Source: Raillietiella orientalis
Lineage: Eukaryota
DNA length: 64,000 nt
Direction: 5' to 3'
Assembly: GCA_036172245.1 (NCBI GenBank)
Contig: JAYWIR010000019.1
Span: 3,410,001 to 3,474,000 of the forward strand
Below, in pieces: positions 60,125 to 64,000 of the stretch (positions are counted from its first letter, which is position 1; every line of letters begins with the position of its first letter). The position numbers and the translations under genes are program-made. The notes below the pieces were generated by a model. The model saw only the letters and a program-made list of their open reading frames with translations, ran no database searches and had not been told where the DNA came from.

Positions 60125-61457
60125 CCCCTTATTTCTTGTGTGCCTGCCCCCTTATTCGGTGAAGATCCAGGCGCGGCGCCTCCTACGCAAAGCCTCGTGC
60201 GGCGCTGAAAGGTCCCAGATCCGATTGAAAGACCCAGTGGCGCCGCGCCAAGACGCTGGCTTGGGCGTCCTGACCATCGACAAGATCGGACTGCAGGTGC
60301 AGTTCCGACTTCTCTTCCTGTATGGGAAACTGTGATCTCCGCACTGGTGTGCTCCGGCAGCCACATCCTCCAGCGATGCGTTGGCAGCGCAGGGCTTCTT
60401 TCGCTACACCGAAGCACTGGATTCGGCAGCTACCTCATGAGACATCTGTCCTCATTACTGTTAGCTCATCCGTGGATCTCTTGCCTCCCCATAAACTGGA
60501 ATGCCTGGCTGCAGGAGGCTCTGGAGTCCTGGGCTGCTGGGCACTTTGGAAGTTTGCGCCGAGGTCCTGCGACGGCTACAGGGTCTCTTGCGCAAACCAC
60601 TGGGAGATCTCCTGCAGATCTGGTCACAATGGTCCCGATTAGCCGGCACACTCCTCGCTGCAGCGCTGTCTGCCTTCGGGGCAAGCGATGACAGCAGCCA
60701 ACCGGCAGGGTGGGAGCATTGCAAGAGTCGAAAAACTTCTGGACGGCTGCAAGACGAGCGAGTTGGTGAACGCCGCCACTTCTCGTTCCCGGGCAAAGGG
60801 ACTCCTTCAGTGAAATGATCTTAAATAACTTGCGTTGCCTTCCCTCTGTGTGGAACCTTCGTGTTTCTGCTCCGGTGGAAATTCTCCGGTTCGAGGTGCG
60901 GGGCGATGGAATGGATCGCTCCCTCACCTGCTATTGAACTGCAGTGCGCTCGCGGACTTGTGGCGGAGACTCTCTTCGCCACTCCGTAGACTGCAGAAAG
61001 TTGCAACAGACTTGCTGCGGCGATTTTTCACGGAAAGCGGAGTGAAAAAAGGTGCGGTGATCGCAACGGTCGGTTGTATCCGCGCCATAGTGACAGTCTG
61101 CCATCTGCTGGAATCCAGTTCGCGGCAAAGGGAGGCCACGAGCATGGCAGCAGCCCTCATGAGGACAGTAGCAAGGTGGCCTCATCCGCCTGAAGAAGTC
61201 GCCAGCATCCACAGTCGTTTCTGAAAATTAAGGAATGTTACATACCAAAGATCCTTGTCCTCACCCTCCCGTCTTCTTTATTTATTTATTGTCTCCTCCC
61301 TTCGTTCCCTGTTTTTTGGAAGCCGGCCTGCGTGCCGGTGGTCATCCTGGATGGGCTTCTTTTTTGGTTTTTCTTGTTTCTTGAAGGTATACATTTCCCC
61401 TTAATCTTGCAGCTTATTTTTACAATAAACTTCCTGGCATGACCAGGTTAAAATCAT
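60125..61457 (+). mobile_element. 5'-truncated Tx1/L1-clade retrotransposon (copy C)
   Basis: Core colinear with copy B at a constant 14820-bp offset; AATAAA at 61424; flanked by TTTCAG at 60119-60124 and 61458-61463. Confidence 0.87.
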
Positions 61458-64000
61458 TTTCAGTGCTGTCTGGGTCCTTCAAATTGCAAGAACCCAAGAG
61501 CGAGCTGAAGTGGAAGACCTTCTTCATCTCGACATCGCCCTCAGAGTACGGCGAAGGCTTGCAGAAGTGGCGGGCACATTAAGAGGAGCAGGAAGAAGAA
61601 AAGGATGCCGAGAGTGCATTTCCGGTTCTCCGGATTTTCCACCCACGACCTCTTCAGCCTCTCGTGCAGGGGAAGCCACTCGCTGCCGCCCAAGAATCCA
61701 TGGGTGCGTCATCGCAGGCGAACTGCCAGAGAGATCGAACCGTCGATCCCTCTGATACAAGAGCTTGCAGAAAATTTCGGTCCAGCTCTCAGTTCCTTGA
61801 TGGAAGCTTCTAGGATGTCATCAAGAGTCGATGTCAGCTAATAGGAAGGATGCTTCATTTGTCGACGCACACCTTCCGTTGTGAGGTGCTTCCGATCTGC
61901 CGCTGTTTTTCGGAAACGCGGCTCAGTGGATACTACCTGCATGCCGATGATTGGGAGGGCTTTCAACTCGGGAATATCGAAAGAAGCCCTCTTGCGGGCT
62001 CTCGCTTTTAGCTTATCTTCTCTTCTAGGGGAAACTTTGTCGTGATGAGTCGTTTTCTTATCTGCCTCAAAAATTCCGCTCTCTCAAGACATGGCGACAG
62101 GACGCTCTGGTCGCTAAAGACCAGCGTCTGTACATCGATCTGAAAGTCTTCCGTTTGTTTCCAGATAATCGGATCGTTCCCTGTCTCCGCCTCCGGAACG
62201 GATCCTCTCTGGACCTTCAACAGAGTATGTTCTTTTGTATGAACAGTTTCCGTTGCGATAGCAAAAATCCCCTCCCCGAATCGTGCAGATAGGAGGAGGA
62301 GGTGTGCTCACCTCATTTCCTATCTCTGCATCAGGAATCCAGATTCTGTTCTCATTTCTCAAACAGCGCTGCCTTCCCAGCGATGCAGGAGGAGCAAAAA
62401 CCATCATCAGATCTGCTCTTGAGATCGAGTAAACAGCACGAGTCATCTCCTGTCCGGAAAAGCCTCTTTCCTGATCCCAGCGCGACGGGTATGCGTCGAA
62501 GCTGTGCTCAGTCCGTGCTCTTTTTGCCGTTTCGCTTCCCGTTCTTCCGACAAGGACGAGAAGGGCTACCCTCAACTCCTCGCTTCCCGAAAATCCCTCT
62601 TTCATTTCAGTGCATGCGACGGGACTCTCGGAGCTTAGAACGGAAAACCTTTGAGAAAATCAGAGCTTCCTTGTAACTCCTATCCTCCTTATGGATTGTC
62701 ATTACCCTGCCTTCTCGGTCGAATCATCTTCCTAACTCGCTCGCTCTTCCCATGGGAGATCAATTCTGAAGAATCGTCTTGTATGAATCCAGGACTGGTT
62801 TGTCGTGCCCTTCTCTTTGGCTTTCACGTGGCCCACCCTTTTGATGCAGGTGACCCCTTCGCACCCTCGTCTCGTTGAGTTTCCGTTGTTTCCTATAGGA
62901 ATTTCCTCTTCGTTCTTTTTTCGGGATCTCTCACTACCAATTGCTTCCGGATCAGAACAGAAGAACAATGCCGAGCATCCACAGTGGCCACTTTGGAGTT
63001 TTCCAGACACTGACTCTCTGTCGGCAGCTGGTGGCGTTCGCAGATGCTTTGCTGCGGATCTCATCTGCCTTTGCATCTTCTTTAGGTGTATCTTCGGCAG
63101 CCCAGGGTCCCCCGAGGAGGAACACAGAGTCGTGAGTGAGCATCGAAGGCACGGAAAGCAGTAAACTGGTGGTGGTGGTGGGGAATAAGAGATAACCTTA
63201 AAAAGAGTACGCCGGACCGGTGGAAAAGGAATTCGATTTCCCATAGGAAGCGGAAGGAAGATTTCTACTACCTCGAAAATTTTTTCCTATGGTCTGCACG
63301 AAATTCTTCTCGGGAAGCAGCAGGTCGCCGAATAAACGTGAACTCGCCATTAGGCAGGACAGACATGCTTTAGCAATCCGTTGGATTCGTCTGAACACAG
63401 CCGTTCTTTCTTAGCTCTCTAATCGGGAGCTTCGTATGCTCCGCGGTTTCCGACTGGAGGTCCAATGTGGATGAACCACACAAGTTCCTCAAAGTGCTTA
63501 TCAAAGCATGTGACCCTGTGATGAGCGACTTCGAACTTTCCTTAACACTCGATCTTTGCAGAGTGTTGGACATCGAATGCACTCGCATCACTCTTGCTTC
63601 CGGAACTTTCCACTGTCATCACGTTTCAGTGGTCGCCGACTATCCCTCATTTCCTTTCTCTTAGGGACGGAAGATTGATGTAGTTTCATTGGTCCGGTAC
63701 CTCTTCAGTCTTGTCGCCTTGAAAGGAAGATCCAATCATCTCCTGGTGATATCGCCAACGAAGGAACGTCTCATCCAGAGTGTTCAGTGAGGGAAGACTG
63801 TTTGTTCCTGGATACCGAGGGAGCTCGAGCCACAGAAGCAGATAAGCATAGATGGTGATGGAAAGCTCTCCCTTGTCGAGGACCAAGCCAGAAGGATCTC
63901 TGGTAGAGATCCCACCTTGAAAATTAATCGTAAAAAGTGAATGTAGGAACGAAAGACCAATGAAACCATTTCGTCACCGAGGGTGCCCTCCGAAGTTTCC

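Larger units (their letters stand above)
53500..62330 (-). pseudogene. Polinton protein-primed family B DNA polymerase remnant in about five fragments
   Basis: In order on minus strand: GGSEWLPLHERLK..VENPENRKC (61620-61690), FHFSSL..CNLKD, FTLKVVSL, VNLLFLS (59752-59774), LNFREPK..P..FYC (58490-58563), SENFR (57441-57461), RLYLSG...SAWLKSSLSSN (55980-56100), ETVQQLSIVWIFD, QAKHV and SQLSLFEDE (53507-53533). Confidence 0.7.
30600..64000 (-). mobile_element. Fossil Polinton/Maverick (adintovirus-like endogenous virus), fragmented by later insertions
   Basis: Co-oriented decayed remnants of pPolB, integrase, ATPase, minor capsid, core protein, major capsid and possible protease (see individual features). 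No terminal inverted repeats found; boundaries are approximate and it probably continues past the window. Confidence 0.75.

Overview
Invertebrate (arthropod-like) nuclear DNA with two distinct halves. Bases ~1-30000 are AT-rich and carry four intact spliced genes: a p38 MAP kinase (+), ATP synthase subunit f (+), a Rac GTPase (-) and GTF3C1 (+). Many introns are only 40-50 nt, two need GC donors, and one in p38 is U12-type. Bases ~30600-64000 are GC-richer and hold no intact gene. Read on the minus strand across stops and frameshifts, this half looks like one heavily decayed Polinton/Maverick (adintovirus-like endogenous dsDNA virus). It retains remnants of protein-primed PolB, rve integrase, A32-like ATPase, minor capsid, core protein, major capsid and possibly the protease, all in the same direction. 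The fossil is broken by later insertions: five 5'-truncated Tx1/L1-clade retrotransposons sharing a two-hairpin 3' end, an RLE-type retrotransposon remnant, a fold-back mariner and MITEs. The Polinton calls come from by-eye comparison with remembered family motifs and need profile searches to confirm.
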